Shown here piece by piece: positions 1 to 8,866 of a stretch of 32,000 nucleotides of DNA. Source of the stretch: Candidatus Iainarchaeum sp. (lineage in GTDB: Archaea > Iainarchaeota > Iainarchaeia > Iainarchaeales > CSSED10-239); contig JBBISB010000001.1 in assembly GCA_037441475.1 (NCBI GenBank), positions 638,988 to 670,987 on the forward strand. Reading direction: 5' to 3'. The position numbers and the translations under genes are program-made. Below the pieces are notes generated by a model. The model searched no databases, was not told the DNA's origin, and was given only the letters and a program-made list of their open reading frames with translations. The stretch's first letter is position 1, and each line of letters opens with the position of its first letter.

Positions 1-153
1 TAATGTTTCTTTCTTCTTTGTTTCATGCAAGGCAAAGTCTATGGTTAAGTCATCAATTATATTTACTTTACTTTTTTTTAATTTTTTTGTATCTTCTAAA
101 AATTTCTTTCTTGCAGAAAAGTAGTCTTTAGAAAAATATTTTTCATAAATCAT
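1..153 (-). CDS. 5' part of a protein whose 3' end lies outside the window; N-terminus MIYEKYFSKDYFSARKKFLEDTKKLKKSKVNIIDDLTIDFALHETKKKETL, possibly DUF2817-like
   Basis: Open frame on the minus strand from ATG at 153 to the window edge; 'FSxxYxxARxKFL' start resembles DUF2817 proteins (weak). Confidence 0.5.
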   Translation of the reverse strand, partial: MIYEKYFSKDYFSARKKFLEDTKKLKKSKVNIIDDLTIDFALHETKKKETL

Positions 154-155
154 AA

Positions 156-1904
156 TTATTCATAACTCTTTTCTATCTTGAAATTATCTCTAAACTTATG
201 GTCAGGATGTATATTTATTGGTTTTGGGTTTCCTGAACCAACCACTCTTTTCTGATTAAACAAATCATAGCTTCCTTTCTCTAAGATAGAAACAATAGGA
301 GGATCCATTCTTCCAAACTCCTCTCTCATTTGTTTATAGTCATTAATTATTTCTTTAAGGTTTAAGTCTAGTTTGTTTTTAAAATCAATAATTTTTTTAT
401 CATCTTCTTTTTCTAAAACATCTAATAATATTTCATATCTTGGTTTTTTAGAAAGATCTACAAGGTATGGAAGTAATGTGTAGTGTTTAAGCTTAATATC
501 AGTTTCTTTAATAGTTTTATTAATTGCCTTAACAATCTCATCTTCATATGCAAGTTCTCCTGCAATGTTAAGATAATTCTCTCTATTGTAAAACTTAATC
601 TCTGGTATCTTTTTAAAAAATCCAGTTACTTTAATGACATCTCCCATGTCATACCTATAAAGTCCTTCCTGAGTTGTTATTATAACCTTATATTTCTTAT
701 TAAGTTTTAATTTTTCAACAGTTATTGTTTCTTTTTTTTCTTTATCAATATCAATAAACTCAAAGAAGGTGGTGTTAAGTGGAAAAACTCCTGAGATTCC
801 ATCTTTAGAAAGCCCAATAGATATTCTTCCTTCAGATGCATTTATCCCAGAATCTCTAATCTCTATTTTCTTTCCAATCTTTTCCATTAAAGTATCAATA
901 TACATCTCATTTGTCTTTGACCTAAAGCAGCTAACTAAACCTATGTTAGGCCAAATATCAATTGCTTTAAAATCTTTTATAGCTGAAAGATATTCTGCTC
1001 TCTTTGGGTTTGTTTTTTTAATAGTTTTAATAAGCTTATCTCTATTTTTTTTAATATAGTCTAAAAAAAGTATTGCTTCAATTGGTGCTGTAAAAGCTAT
1101 CTGTGTAATATTTTCTTGTAAGGCATAGATTGCCATTTTTTTAATTTTTTTATCAAAGTTCATTTCATTATAGACTGTTATTGGGTTTGATATTTTTCTT
1201 TTAACATACCATGGAGATTTGTGTGGAAGATATCCAGATATACTTCCATAAGGTATCTTTCCTTTTGTCTTTCCTTCAAAGTAAGGTCCTGCAAAGTAAA
1301 GGGTTTTTCCATTTGCAATCTTAACATAATCTTTTAAGACATAAACAGCCCAGAGTGCAAATTCTTTGTTATAATTTTTAATTCTCTGTTTTGTAATAGG
1401 TACAAGTTTTATTTTACTTGTAGTTCCAGAGGTAGATGCAAAGTAAACTACTTTGTCTTTTGTAAAAATATTCTGTTCTCCATTCTTAAGTCTTTCAACA
1501 TCTTCTAAGATATCAGCAAATTTAATAATAGGCACCTTTCTTTGATACTCTTCAATACTCTTAATTTGAGAGAATGAATATTTTTTTCCATACTCTGTAT
1601 TTTTGTTTCTTTTAATAATCTTAAGTAGAACTTTCTTTTGTGATTTTAAGGGATCAATTAAAGCATCTTGAAAATCAATAATCTGTTTTATCTGGTTTAA
1701 AATATATCTATAGTTTATCAAGTCATCTTTTATTTTTTCACTTGTTTCTTTTATTTTTTTACTTGTTTTTGTAGATATTTTTTTAAGGTCCAAGCTTGTT
1801 TCTTTAAAAGTACTGCTTGTCTTTTCAGATATTCTTTTTAAATTTTCACTAGTACTCTTAAGCACACTAGTTGTTTTTTCTTTTATTTTTTCTATTGTCT
1901 TCAT
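156..1904 (-). CDS. GH3 auxin-responsive-family-like acyl-adenylating enzyme with a charged repetitive N-terminal extension
   Basis: 582 aa ORF; adenylation-type motif 'VYFASTSGTTSKIKLVPIT', 'YRYDMGDVIKV' and overall GH3-type layout. Confidence 0.75.
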   Translation of the reverse strand: MKTIEKIKEKTTSVLKSTSENLKRISEKTSSTFKETSLDLKKISTKTSKKIKETSEKIKDDLINYRYILNQIKQIIDFQDALIDPLKSQKKVLLKIIKRNKNTEYGKKYSFSQIKSIEEYQRKVPIIKFADILEDVERLKNGEQNIFTKDKVVYFASTSGTTSKIKLVPITKQRIKNYNKEFALWAVYVLKDYVKIANGKTLYFAGPYFEGKTKGKIPYGSISGYLPHKSPWYVKRKISNPITVYNEMNFDKKIKKMAIYALQENITQIAFTAPIEAILFLDYIKKNRDKLIKTIKKTNPKRAEYLSAIKDFKAIDIWPNIGLVSCFRSKTNEMYIDTLMEKIGKKIEIRDSGINASEGRISIGLSKDGISGVFPLNTTFFEFIDIDKEKKETITVEKLKLNKKYKVIITTQEGLYRYDMGDVIKVTGFFKKIPEIKFYNRENYLNIAGELAYEDEIVKAINKTIKETDIKLKHYTLLPYLVDLSKKPRYEILLDVLEKEDDKKIIDFKNKLDLNLKEIINDYKQMREEFGRMDPPIVSILEKGSYDLFNQKRVVGSGNPKPINIHPDHKFRDNFKIEKSYE

Positions 1905-1940
1905 ACTCTTTCAAAAATATTTTTTTAATAAAAAAATAAG

Positions 1941-2013
1941 TGGTCCTGCCCAGGCTCGAACTGGGGATCTCCGCAATGTCAATGCGACGTCATAACCACT
2001 AGACCACAGGACC
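1941..2013 (-). tRNA. tRNA-Val (anticodon GAC), no encoded CCA
   Basis: Reverse complement GGTCCTG..TCGCA TTGACAT TGCGG..CCCAG TTCGAGC CTGGG CAGGACC A folds as a complete cloverleaf; anticodon GAC. Confidence 0.93.
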
Positions 2014-2044
2014 TTTATATCTATAATATATGTAAAATAGCTTT

Positions 2045-2983
2045 TTATATCTTTTTAATTTTTAAAATCAGTTCACAGGCTTTACAAACTTCTTGACTTG
2101 TTTCTTCCTTACATATTTTGCATTTTTTTAGTTTCTGTTTGTCTTTTAATAAAGGAGATATGTTTGTAATTTCTTTAAGCTTTAAAAAACTCTTAACTAA
2201 AGAAAACTTAGCTCCTGGGTGCAAAACCTCTGTCTCGTTTAAAAAACTTCTAAAATGATTTCTCTTAGCTGTTCTAAAGAAAGGACAGTTGCAATCATGG
2301 AAAGGTATATTATTGTATAAAGCGTAAGCAGCAATTTCTTTTTCTGGTGTCAAGTAAAATGGCTTAACTCTTGGTTTTGTTTCTTCCATGTCAATAATAC
2401 CAGTTGAAGGTCCAGTTCTTAAAAATCTAACCACATCATTATCTAGAAGATTCATCAAAATAGTTTGACATTCATCATCTAGGTTATGTCCTGTTAAAAG
2501 TTTACTTACATCTTCTCTGTTTGCAAGTCTGTTTAATGTTTTTCTTCTCAAAACTCCACAGTAAGTACAAACAGTTCCTTCGCGTCTATCATACTTCTCT
2601 CCAATCTCTTGAGTTGAGATATCAAATTCTTTTTTATGAGAGGAGGATACAAGTTTTATGTTTTCTTTAAAACAAAAATCTTTTACCACTTGATATGTTT
2701 TATTTGAGTAGTTGTCTGTTCCTTCGTCTACAAAGATAGCACAAAACTTAATTCTTCTTTCTTTAAATATTTTATTTATTAAGTATAATAAAACCATTGA
2801 GTCTTTTCCGCCAGAGGTTGCAACTCCAAGATAATCTTTTTGTGAAAAAAGTTTAAACTGTCTTATGGTTTTTTTAAATCTATTTTCAAAAAAATCATTA
2901 AAGTGATCTTTACATAAATTATGCTTACCATAAGCTAAGTATATCAAAGCATCCTTTGAACATTTTTCACATTTAATATTCAT
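2045..2983 (-). CDS. ttuA: TtuA/Ncs6 (CTU1)-type tRNA 2-thiolation enzyme
   Basis: 312 aa; PP-loop 'ATSGGKDSMVLLYLI', N-terminal CxxC zinc site, 'CTYCGVLRR' and C-terminal 'CKICKEETSQEVCKACEL'. Confidence 0.85.
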   Translation of the reverse strand: MNIKCEKCSKDALIYLAYGKHNLCKDHFNDFFENRFKKTIRQFKLFSQKDYLGVATSGGKDSMVLLYLINKIFKERRIKFCAIFVDEGTDNYSNKTYQVVKDFCFKENIKLVSSSHKKEFDISTQEIGEKYDRREGTVCTYCGVLRRKTLNRLANREDVSKLLTGHNLDDECQTILMNLLDNDVVRFLRTGPSTGIIDMEETKPRVKPFYLTPEKEIAAYALYNNIPFHDCNCPFFRTAKRNHFRSFLNETEVLHPGAKFSLVKSFLKLKEITNISPLLKDKQKLKKCKICKEETSQEVCKACELILKIKKI

Positions 2984-2991
2984 TTTTTAAA

Positions 2992-3171
2992 TCACTTTAT
3001 AACTTGCAAAACTTCAATCTCAGTTTCTTTCTTAATAACAGTTGATATTGGCCTAAAAGTACCATCTATCTTAACTAAAACAATCTCTGGACTTATCTTT
3101 AAATCTATTAATATCTCTCTTAAGGTTTTATTAAAATCTTCCTTGGTTATTGTAATTTTTTTCTTAATCAT
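2992..3171 (-). CDS. ThiS/MoaD/SAMP-like ubiquitin-fold small protein lacking a C-terminal Gly-Gly
   Basis: My translation, absent from the ORF track: MIKKKITITKEDFNKTLREILIDLKISPEIVLVKIDGTFRPISTVIKKETEIEVLQVIK*. The 'ILIDLKISPEIVLVKIDG..PI...I....EIEVLQVI' pattern is typical of small sulfur carriers; it sits immediately upstream of ttuA on the same strand. Confidence 0.65.
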   Translation of the reverse strand: MIKKKITITKEDFNKTLREILIDLKISPEIVLVKIDGTFRPISTVIKKETEIEVLQVIK

Positions 3172-3203
3172 ATTAAATCAACAGGTTTTTAGTTATTTTT
3201 AAT

Positions 3204-3232
3204 AAAAATAAGCTCAATTTAAGCTTATTTTT
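3204..3232. repeat. Perfect 11-bp inverted repeat (AAAAATAAGCT-caattta-AGCTTATTTTT)
   Basis: Read directly in the divergent intergenic region between the ThiS-like gene and rpl15e. Confidence 0.85.
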
Positions 3233-3329
3233 CCATCTAATATATAAATCTTTTGTTTCATAATTATATATTATTATTTACTTTAAAATAATATAAGTTT
3301 AAAACAAATTAAAAAGAGTGTGATTTTTT

Positions 3330-3938
3330 ATGACAACAGCAAGCCAATATATAAAAAAAACTATAGAGAACGAGTATAAGAAAACAAGAGATGCTAATTA
3401 CGACTATAGAAAAGTATATTCAAAAAAATTAATAGATTTTAGAAAATTAGAAGGTTCTATTGTAAAGGTTGATAAACCATCTAATATTGTTAGAGCAAGA
3501 GAACTTGGTTACAAAGCAAAGCAAGGTATTATTGTTGTCTTTGTAAAGGTAAGAAAAGGTTCTGGTTTAATCTTAAGACCAAAGAATGCTAGAAGACCAA
3601 AGAGAATGGGAATTAATAAAATAACAAGGAGAATCTCAATTCAAAGAATGGCTGAGCAAAAAGCAGACAAGGCTTATGAAAATTTAGAAGTTTTAAACTC
3701 TTACTATGTTGGAGAAGACGGTCAAAAGAAATATTTTGAAGTTATAATGATTGATCCAAACCACCCATCAATAGTAAACGATATGGATCTTAATTGGATA
3801 GTTTCTGAAAAGCATAAAAAAAGAGCTCAAAGAGGTCTTACAAGTGCTGGAAGAAAGAATAGAGGTCTTGTAAAGAAAGGAAACGGTACTGAAAAGAACG
3901 GTCCTTCAAACAGAGCTAAATTAAGAAAAGCTAAATAG
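3330..3938 (+). CDS. rpl15e: Ribosomal protein eL15 (L15e)
   Basis: 202 aa with conserved L15e blocks 'RARELGYKAKQGIIVVFVKVRKGSG', 'NLEVLNSYYVGEDGQKKYFEVIMIDPNHPSI', 'GLTSAGRKNRGL'. Confidence 0.96.
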   Translation: MTTASQYIKKTIENEYKKTRDANYDYRKVYSKKLIDFRKLEGSIVKVDKPSNIVRARELGYKAKQGIIVVFVKVRKGSGLILRPKNARRPKRMGINKITRRISIQRMAEQKADKAYENLEVLNSYYVGEDGQKKYFEVIMIDPNHPSIVNDMDLNWIVSEKHKKRAQRGLTSAGRKNRGLVKKGNGTEKNGPSNRAKLRKAK

Positions 3939-3971
3939 TTATAAACCTTTTCTTTCTTTATCTTTTATATT

Positions 3972-4238
3972 ATGGTATATATGGATAATATCTTATATTT
4001 GAGTGCATTTACACACATCATCTGGATTGTACTCTTAATAGTAATTTCAGTTGTTATATACTCATGGACAAAAAGCAAAATATCAAACAACACAATGTCT
4101 GTTGTAATAACAATTATTATTGTATATTTATTATTTGTACAATACCCTCATTTCGTGTGGTTTGCAGTTGTTGGTGCTTTAATAATATCAATAAGTAAAC
4201 CTGACTTTAGTAAATTAATGAAGGATTTTAGAATTTAA
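3972..4238 (+). CDS. Small multi-TM membrane protein, unknown function
   Basis: 88 aa ORF with three hydrophobic segments; lies just upstream of another small membrane ORF. Confidence 0.55.
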   Translation: MVYMDNILYLSAFTHIIWIVLLIVISVVIYSWTKSKISNNTMSVVITIIIVYLLFVQYPHFVWFAVVGALIISISKPDFSKLMKDFRI

Positions 4239-4253
4239 GAAAGTGATTATAGT

Positions 4254-4559
4254 TTGGAAGCAATATTGACTAGGATTTTTTTACTTGTTATTATTATTCT
4301 ATGTATCAATTATAATTTTTTAATTTTTATTCCTTTTATTTTAGGTATATACTTTTTATTTGAGAAAAGTTGGTGGAATCTTTTGGTGTTAGGAGGTTAT
4401 GTTGTAATTTTCTTTCTAATGGCAAGTGATGTTCCTTTCCTTCTTTATTCAACAATTATTCTTTTATTAATAGTTATTATTACAAATTACTTTTCTGGAA
4501 GTAAAGAGAAAGAAGATACTGGAGATATTGATTTCAGTAAACTTTTTGGAAACATGTAA
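4254..4559 (+). CDS. Small multi-TM membrane protein, unknown function (TTG start as called)
   Basis: 101 aa, three to four hydrophobic segments, cytoplasmic-looking tail 'SGSKEKEDTGDIDFSKLFGNM'. Confidence 0.5.
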   Translation: MEAILTRIFLLVIIILCINYNFLIFIPFILGIYFLFEKSWWNLLVLGGYVVIFFLMASDVPFLLYSTIILLLIVIITNYFSGSKEKEDTGDIDFSKLFGNM

Positions 4560-4588
4560 GTCTTTTAAAAAAAGAGGGTTTTTAAAAA

Positions 4589-4990
4589 ATGCACAAGATA
4601 GTTAAGTCATCTGTAAGGGCTGTTAAAAAAGAAGTTAAATCTTTTTTATTAAAACCAAAACCCTCTCTTCATTCAACAAACAGAGGAAAAGATAATCCTT
4701 CTTTGTTTAATAGAGGAAAAGAATTTGTTGTTGATATCTTAAAGTTTAAAACTAAAAGACCATCAAAAGAAAGCTCTATGGAGTTTATAAAAAAAAATAA
4801 AAGTTTCTTTTCTAAAAGTAATTTAAAGGCTCTTCTAGCTTACATCTTCTCTGATTTTTCTATGGACCAGATAGAGGACATGATACGATATATCTTTGGG
4901 AATCTATCAGAAGAGCAAAGAGATAATGTTTTACTTGACATTATCGAACATATAAACGAGAAAGAGTATGGGTTTTTATTAAAGGATTAA
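4589..4990 (+). CDS. Hypothetical protein, basic N-terminus and helical C-terminus
   Basis: 133 aa ORF, same strand and close spacing to the preceding ORFs. Confidence 0.6.
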   Translation: MHKIVKSSVRAVKKEVKSFLLKPKPSLHSTNRGKDNPSLFNRGKEFVVDILKFKTKRPSKESSMEFIKKNKSFFSKSNLKALLAYIFSDFSMDQIEDMIRYIFGNLSEEQRDNVLLDIIEHINEKEYGFLLKD

Positions 4991-4997
4991 TAAAAAC

Positions 4998-5579
4998 TTA
5001 TTTTAGTTTATTTAAAATATTTCTATTTTCTTCTAAAATATCTTTCATAATTTTTGTAAGTCCATTCATCTGTGCTTTAAGTTCTCTTACTTGCTCTTCA
5101 ATTTCAGAAAGTTGTTTTGAATCAATTGTAGGTGCTATTGGTTTTTCTTTTTTTAAATTTTTAATAATATCTTCCTGATTAATTTTATTAACATCACTTG
5201 TAGTTTTCTTAAGCTCTGTTTCTAAAAAATCTTCATATTTACTTTTGTTTTTTTCTATAAAATCTGTTTTAGTTGTTTTTTTAGAAATTACTTCTTTTTC
5301 AGGTTCTTCTTCATCAAGTTCTTCTTGAGAAATCTCTTCCTCTTCTTGAGAAGCATCTTCTTTTACAGAAGATAAATTTTCTTCCTTTTCTTTTTTAACA
5401 GAAGTTAAAGGTTCTTCTTTCTTTTCTGTTTTTCTTGATGCTAAAACAGCATTATAATTATTTTCAATATCTTCTTCATCAACACCTATGTCTTTAAGTG
5501 TCGAATAAATAGTTTCTTTATCTATATTAGCATCCATTAGTTCAATAATGGTGTCTTGAATTAATTTTTTTTCAACCAT
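4998..5579 (-). CDS. Hypothetical acidic/coiled-coil protein
   Basis: 193 aa: helical N-terminal domain, Glu/Lys-rich linker, C-terminal coiled coil 'IEEQVRELKAQMNGLTKIMKDILEENRNILNKL'. Confidence 0.65.
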   Translation of the reverse strand: MVEKKLIQDTIIELMDANIDKETIYSTLKDIGVDEEDIENNYNAVLASRKTEKKEEPLTSVKKEKEENLSSVKEDASQEEEEISQEELDEEEPEKEVISKKTTKTDFIEKNKSKYEDFLETELKKTTSDVNKINQEDIIKNLKKEKPIAPTIDSKQLSEIEEQVRELKAQMNGLTKIMKDILEENRNILNKLK

Positions 5580-5688
5580 ACTTAATCTATATTCTAAACT
5601 ATAATAGTTAATATCTTAAATGTAAGTTATTAAAAATGTTTTGTTTTAAATAATAAATATAATATATAATTTTACGAGATTTTTAAAT

Positions 5689-7125
5689 ATGATATCCTTA
5701 AACACATGGAACACTTTATATGAAGGCAAGTATGCTGATCAAGAGCTTAGTGTTCTCTATAAAGACGATATCTTTGTTTCTTTCTTAAGGTTAAGAGATA
5801 AAACAAATGTCTTAATACAGGTATATAAGGTTTTTGTTGTTAAAGGAGAGATTGAAACTTTTGCATCCACTCTTCCATACCCTGCTATTGTTTATCATAA
5901 GCATGTGGATATTGGTTCTTCAAATAACTTTAAGTATCTTTTATTACATACAGACACAGAGTATATAGATGTAAATACTCTTTCATATCATGTAGATAAA
6001 AAAATAACTGAACTAAATAAAATGATTGGTTCTGTAATCTCTGTTGTTAAGTCATATAACATTAAGTTAATTTCTTTAAAACTTGCAGAAAAAAGAGATA
6101 ATGATTATTTTTTTTCAGATCCTGAAATCTTAAAATCACTTTCAAACATGCCTCTTTCCTTAGACTTTAAATCTTCAACACCTTTAGATAAGTTAATCCT
6201 AGGTAAAAAGAAAGACGTAACAGTTACAACCTCTCTTTCAAACCTAAAGAATGTAACCGTCTATGGTCCTCTTCTTGATGAAAGGTTGTTTGTTTCAAAG
6301 TTAATATGTGAAAATTATTTACTTTCTTCAAAAACAGTTATTGTCTTTGATACTTTAAACAACTATGTTAGTTTAGGGTATCCTCAACAAAACTCCAAGG
6401 TCTTAGAGGACTTTGAACTTAATATGGATGCTTTTGGTTTTCCAGTTAAAAAAATAAATTACTTAGATATTAATATTCCTCTAAGCAAAATACCTTTTGA
6501 TGCTTTTGTAAATCTTTTTTCTTTTAAGGATGTTTCTTTAAAGATAATAAACCAGGTTTACAGTAAAGATATAATCACTGTTAAAGATCTTATTTCAAGT
6601 GTTAAAAAAATAAAAGTTGATCAAGAGATTAATGATTTTGAAAAACAAAGAGTAATTTCAAAATTAATGGTCTTAGATAAAAAATATGGTTCTTTCTTTG
6701 GAAAATCAGATATTTCTTTACTTTTTAAACAAAGATATCAAAATATTGGTTCTGTAAAGATAATTACCTTAAACCCTAAAGACCCTATTTACCCTTTCTT
6801 TATAAAAAACCTTGTTGAAGAGATTTCTTTGTCTGTTAAAGATGAGGTTTTATTGGTTTTTCCTGAGTTAAGTGCTGTTTTCAATAATCTTTATTTAGGA
6901 AGCAGTATAATGCAGACAATAAAAGATAATTCCACCTTAAACTCCTTAATAACAAGCAAGTCTGAAAATGACTTTAGGGAGGGTGTTTTTCCAGGTGTAA
7001 AGATACATGCCATAAAGGATAATGATGCTGTTATCTATTACCCTAACAGAGACCCTATAAGGCTTCTTTTAAGACCTACTTTTACATCTAGTGTTATTAA
7101 TTATAAGCTTAAGGACAAGTTTTAG
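5689..7125 (+). CDS. HerA/FtsK-like ATPase-fold protein with degenerate Walker A (tentative)
   Basis: 478 aa; 'NVTVYGPLLDERLFVSKLICENYLLSSKTVIVFDTLNNYVSLG' sits where HerA has 'G.TGSGKS...VIVFDP'; 'DEVLLVFPELSAVF' and C-terminal 'AVIYYPNRDPIRLLLRPTFTS' resemble archaeal HerA-like proteins. Confidence 0.45.
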   Translation: MISLNTWNTLYEGKYADQELSVLYKDDIFVSFLRLRDKTNVLIQVYKVFVVKGEIETFASTLPYPAIVYHKHVDIGSSNNFKYLLLHTDTEYIDVNTLSYHVDKKITELNKMIGSVISVVKSYNIKLISLKLAEKRDNDYFFSDPEILKSLSNMPLSLDFKSSTPLDKLILGKKKDVTVTTSLSNLKNVTVYGPLLDERLFVSKLICENYLLSSKTVIVFDTLNNYVSLGYPQQNSKVLEDFELNMDAFGFPVKKINYLDINIPLSKIPFDAFVNLFSFKDVSLKIINQVYSKDIITVKDLISSVKKIKVDQEINDFEKQRVISKLMVLDKKYGSFFGKSDISLLFKQRYQNIGSVKIITLNPKDPIYPFFIKNLVEEISLSVKDEVLLVFPELSAVFNNLYLGSSIMQTIKDNSTLNSLITSKSENDFREGVFPGVKIHAIKDNDAVIYYPNRDPIRLLLRPTFTSSVINYKLKDKF

Positions 7126-7319
7126 TTTTTATGACGTAAGCTACATAACTGTTTAAAAACCACCCTTACCAAAACCTTTATATACCTGAAAAACTATGTT
7201 ATTTATATAGGTATGCTTATTTCTATAAAATTTATATTAAGTTTAAAGGTATAAGTAAAAAAATATATGTTAAAAAAACAACTATTTTTATAAACATTAA
7301 AAATATAGAGGTGTAAACA

Positions 7320-8225
7320 ATGGTTAAATGTCCAGAATGTGGAAACACAAAGGTCTACAGAGATTCAAAAAGTGGAGAATATATCTGTAGTAAATGTCAT
7401 ACTGTTTTATCAGATTACCAAATAGATACAGGTAAGGATTGGAGAACTTTTGATAATTCTGAAAAACAAGATAATGTTAGTACCGGTTCACCAATGAAGT
7501 ATACAAAAATAAACAAAGGTCTTGAAACAATGATTGAAAGATCAGGAAGAGACTTGAGAGGAAACAAACTTTCCACAAAATCAAGAGCTCAGATGTACAG
7601 ACTTATTAAATGGCATAAAAGATCTTCAATATCAAACTCAGTTCAAAGAAATTTATCCATAGCTTTAACAGAACTTAAAAGAATTTCATCTTACCTTAAC
7701 ATACCAAATCCTTTAGTTGAAACAGCAGCTTTACTTTACAGAAAGACTGTTGAAAAAGGACTTATAAGAGGAAGATTAATTGAGGCTGTTGTTGCTGCTG
7801 TTCTTTACTCTGTTTGTAGGACATACAATGTTCCAAGAACATTAAATGAAATGGCTGAAGCTTCAGGTCTTACAAAGAAAGAAATTGGAAGAACATATAG
7901 GTTTATTGTAAAAGAACTTGATATTGCTGTTCCTTTAACAGATCCTAGTTACTATATCTCAAGATTTGTTTCTGTTTTAACATTATCAGCTGAAGTTGAA
8001 AATAAAGCAAAAGTTATTGTTAAAAAAGCAATAGCATCAGGTTTAATCTCTGGAAGAGGTCCAACTGGTGTTGCTGCAGCTGCTGTTTACATAGCTGCTT
8101 TAATGACTGGTGAGAGAAGAACTCAAAAAGAGGTTGCAAATGTTGCTGGTGTAACTGAAGTAACCATAAGAAACAGATACAGAGAGCTTAAAGCAAAACT
8201 TAAGCTTAACATAGATGGAGAGTAA
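7320..8225 (+). CDS. tfb: Transcription initiation factor IIB (TFB)
   Basis: 301 aa; N-terminal zinc ribbon CPECGNTKVYRD..CSKCHTVL, B-finger region and two cyclin-like repeats ('GVAAAAVYIAALMTGERRTQKEVANVAGVTEVTIRNRYRELK'). Confidence 0.96.
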   Translation: MVKCPECGNTKVYRDSKSGEYICSKCHTVLSDYQIDTGKDWRTFDNSEKQDNVSTGSPMKYTKINKGLETMIERSGRDLRGNKLSTKSRAQMYRLIKWHKRSSISNSVQRNLSIALTELKRISSYLNIPNPLVETAALLYRKTVEKGLIRGRLIEAVVAAVLYSVCRTYNVPRTLNEMAEASGLTKKEIGRTYRFIVKELDIAVPLTDPSYYISRFVSVLTLSAEVENKAKVIVKKAIASGLISGRGPTGVAAAAVYIAALMTGERRTQKEVANVAGVTEVTIRNRYRELKAKLKLNIDGE

Positions 8226-8301
8226 AATCTCTTTCTTTTCTTTTTCTTTTTAATTTAAATAATAAATACTATTTATAATTTATTTGTTTTATAAATATCA
8301 T

Positions 8302-8763
8302 ATGGAACCAATTAAGATATCTTATAAGTAAGTAGAAGATTGGTGCAGAAAGATCTATCTTCAAGCAAAGAAACAAAACTATTCTCCTGATATTCTTTTA
8401 GGAATATCTGTTGGTGGTCTTTTCCCTACAGTTCATCTTGCAAGACTTTTTAACACTAAAAATGTTGTTAGTATAGCTGTTAAGTCCTATGATAAAAACA
8501 AAAGAGGAAAGATAGAAGTTATTAACCTTCCCTCAAAACAACTTTTAAAAAATAAAAAAATATTAATTATTGATGAGATCCTTGATTCTGGAAAAACAAT
8601 TGAATTTATTTCTTCACTTTTAATAAACAAATTTCAGGTAAAAGAAATTAAGACAGCAACCATATATGTTAATAAAAAAAACTGTTCCTTCTATCCTGAT
8701 TTCTATGTTAAAACAAACCCCCAGTGGCTTGATTTTCCATGGGATAGATTTGAAAAGGTTTAG
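8302..8763 (+). pseudogene. Xanthine/hypoxanthine-type phosphoribosyltransferase interrupted by in-frame TAA at codon 10
   Basis: My translation: MEPIKISYK*VEDWCRKIYLQAKKQNYSPDILLGISVGGLFPTVHLARLF...KILIIDEILDSGKTIEFI...PDFYVKTNPQWLDFPWDRFEKV*. The PRPP loop is intact, the frame is otherwise open, and there is no ATG/GTG/TTG for a long stretch after the stop. Confidence 0.8.
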
Positions 8764-8866
8764 TTTATATATTTTTTGCCTCTTAAATATATATACTTGT
8801 AGAAATATGCAAGTGAATCTTTTTTAACTATTTAAAATTATAAAAAAAATAAAAATGTGATTACAA

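Noticed and set aside
483-1059. Antisense ORFs of 75 and 96 aa inside the GH3-like gene
   Set aside because: Low-complexity, lie opposite a well-supported CDS, no family-like features.
8302-8763. Global reassignment of TAA as an explanation for the interrupted PRTase
   Set aside because: Other genes in the window (e.g. tfb, the ORF ending 4238, the adhesin ending 13218) use TAA as a normal terminator.
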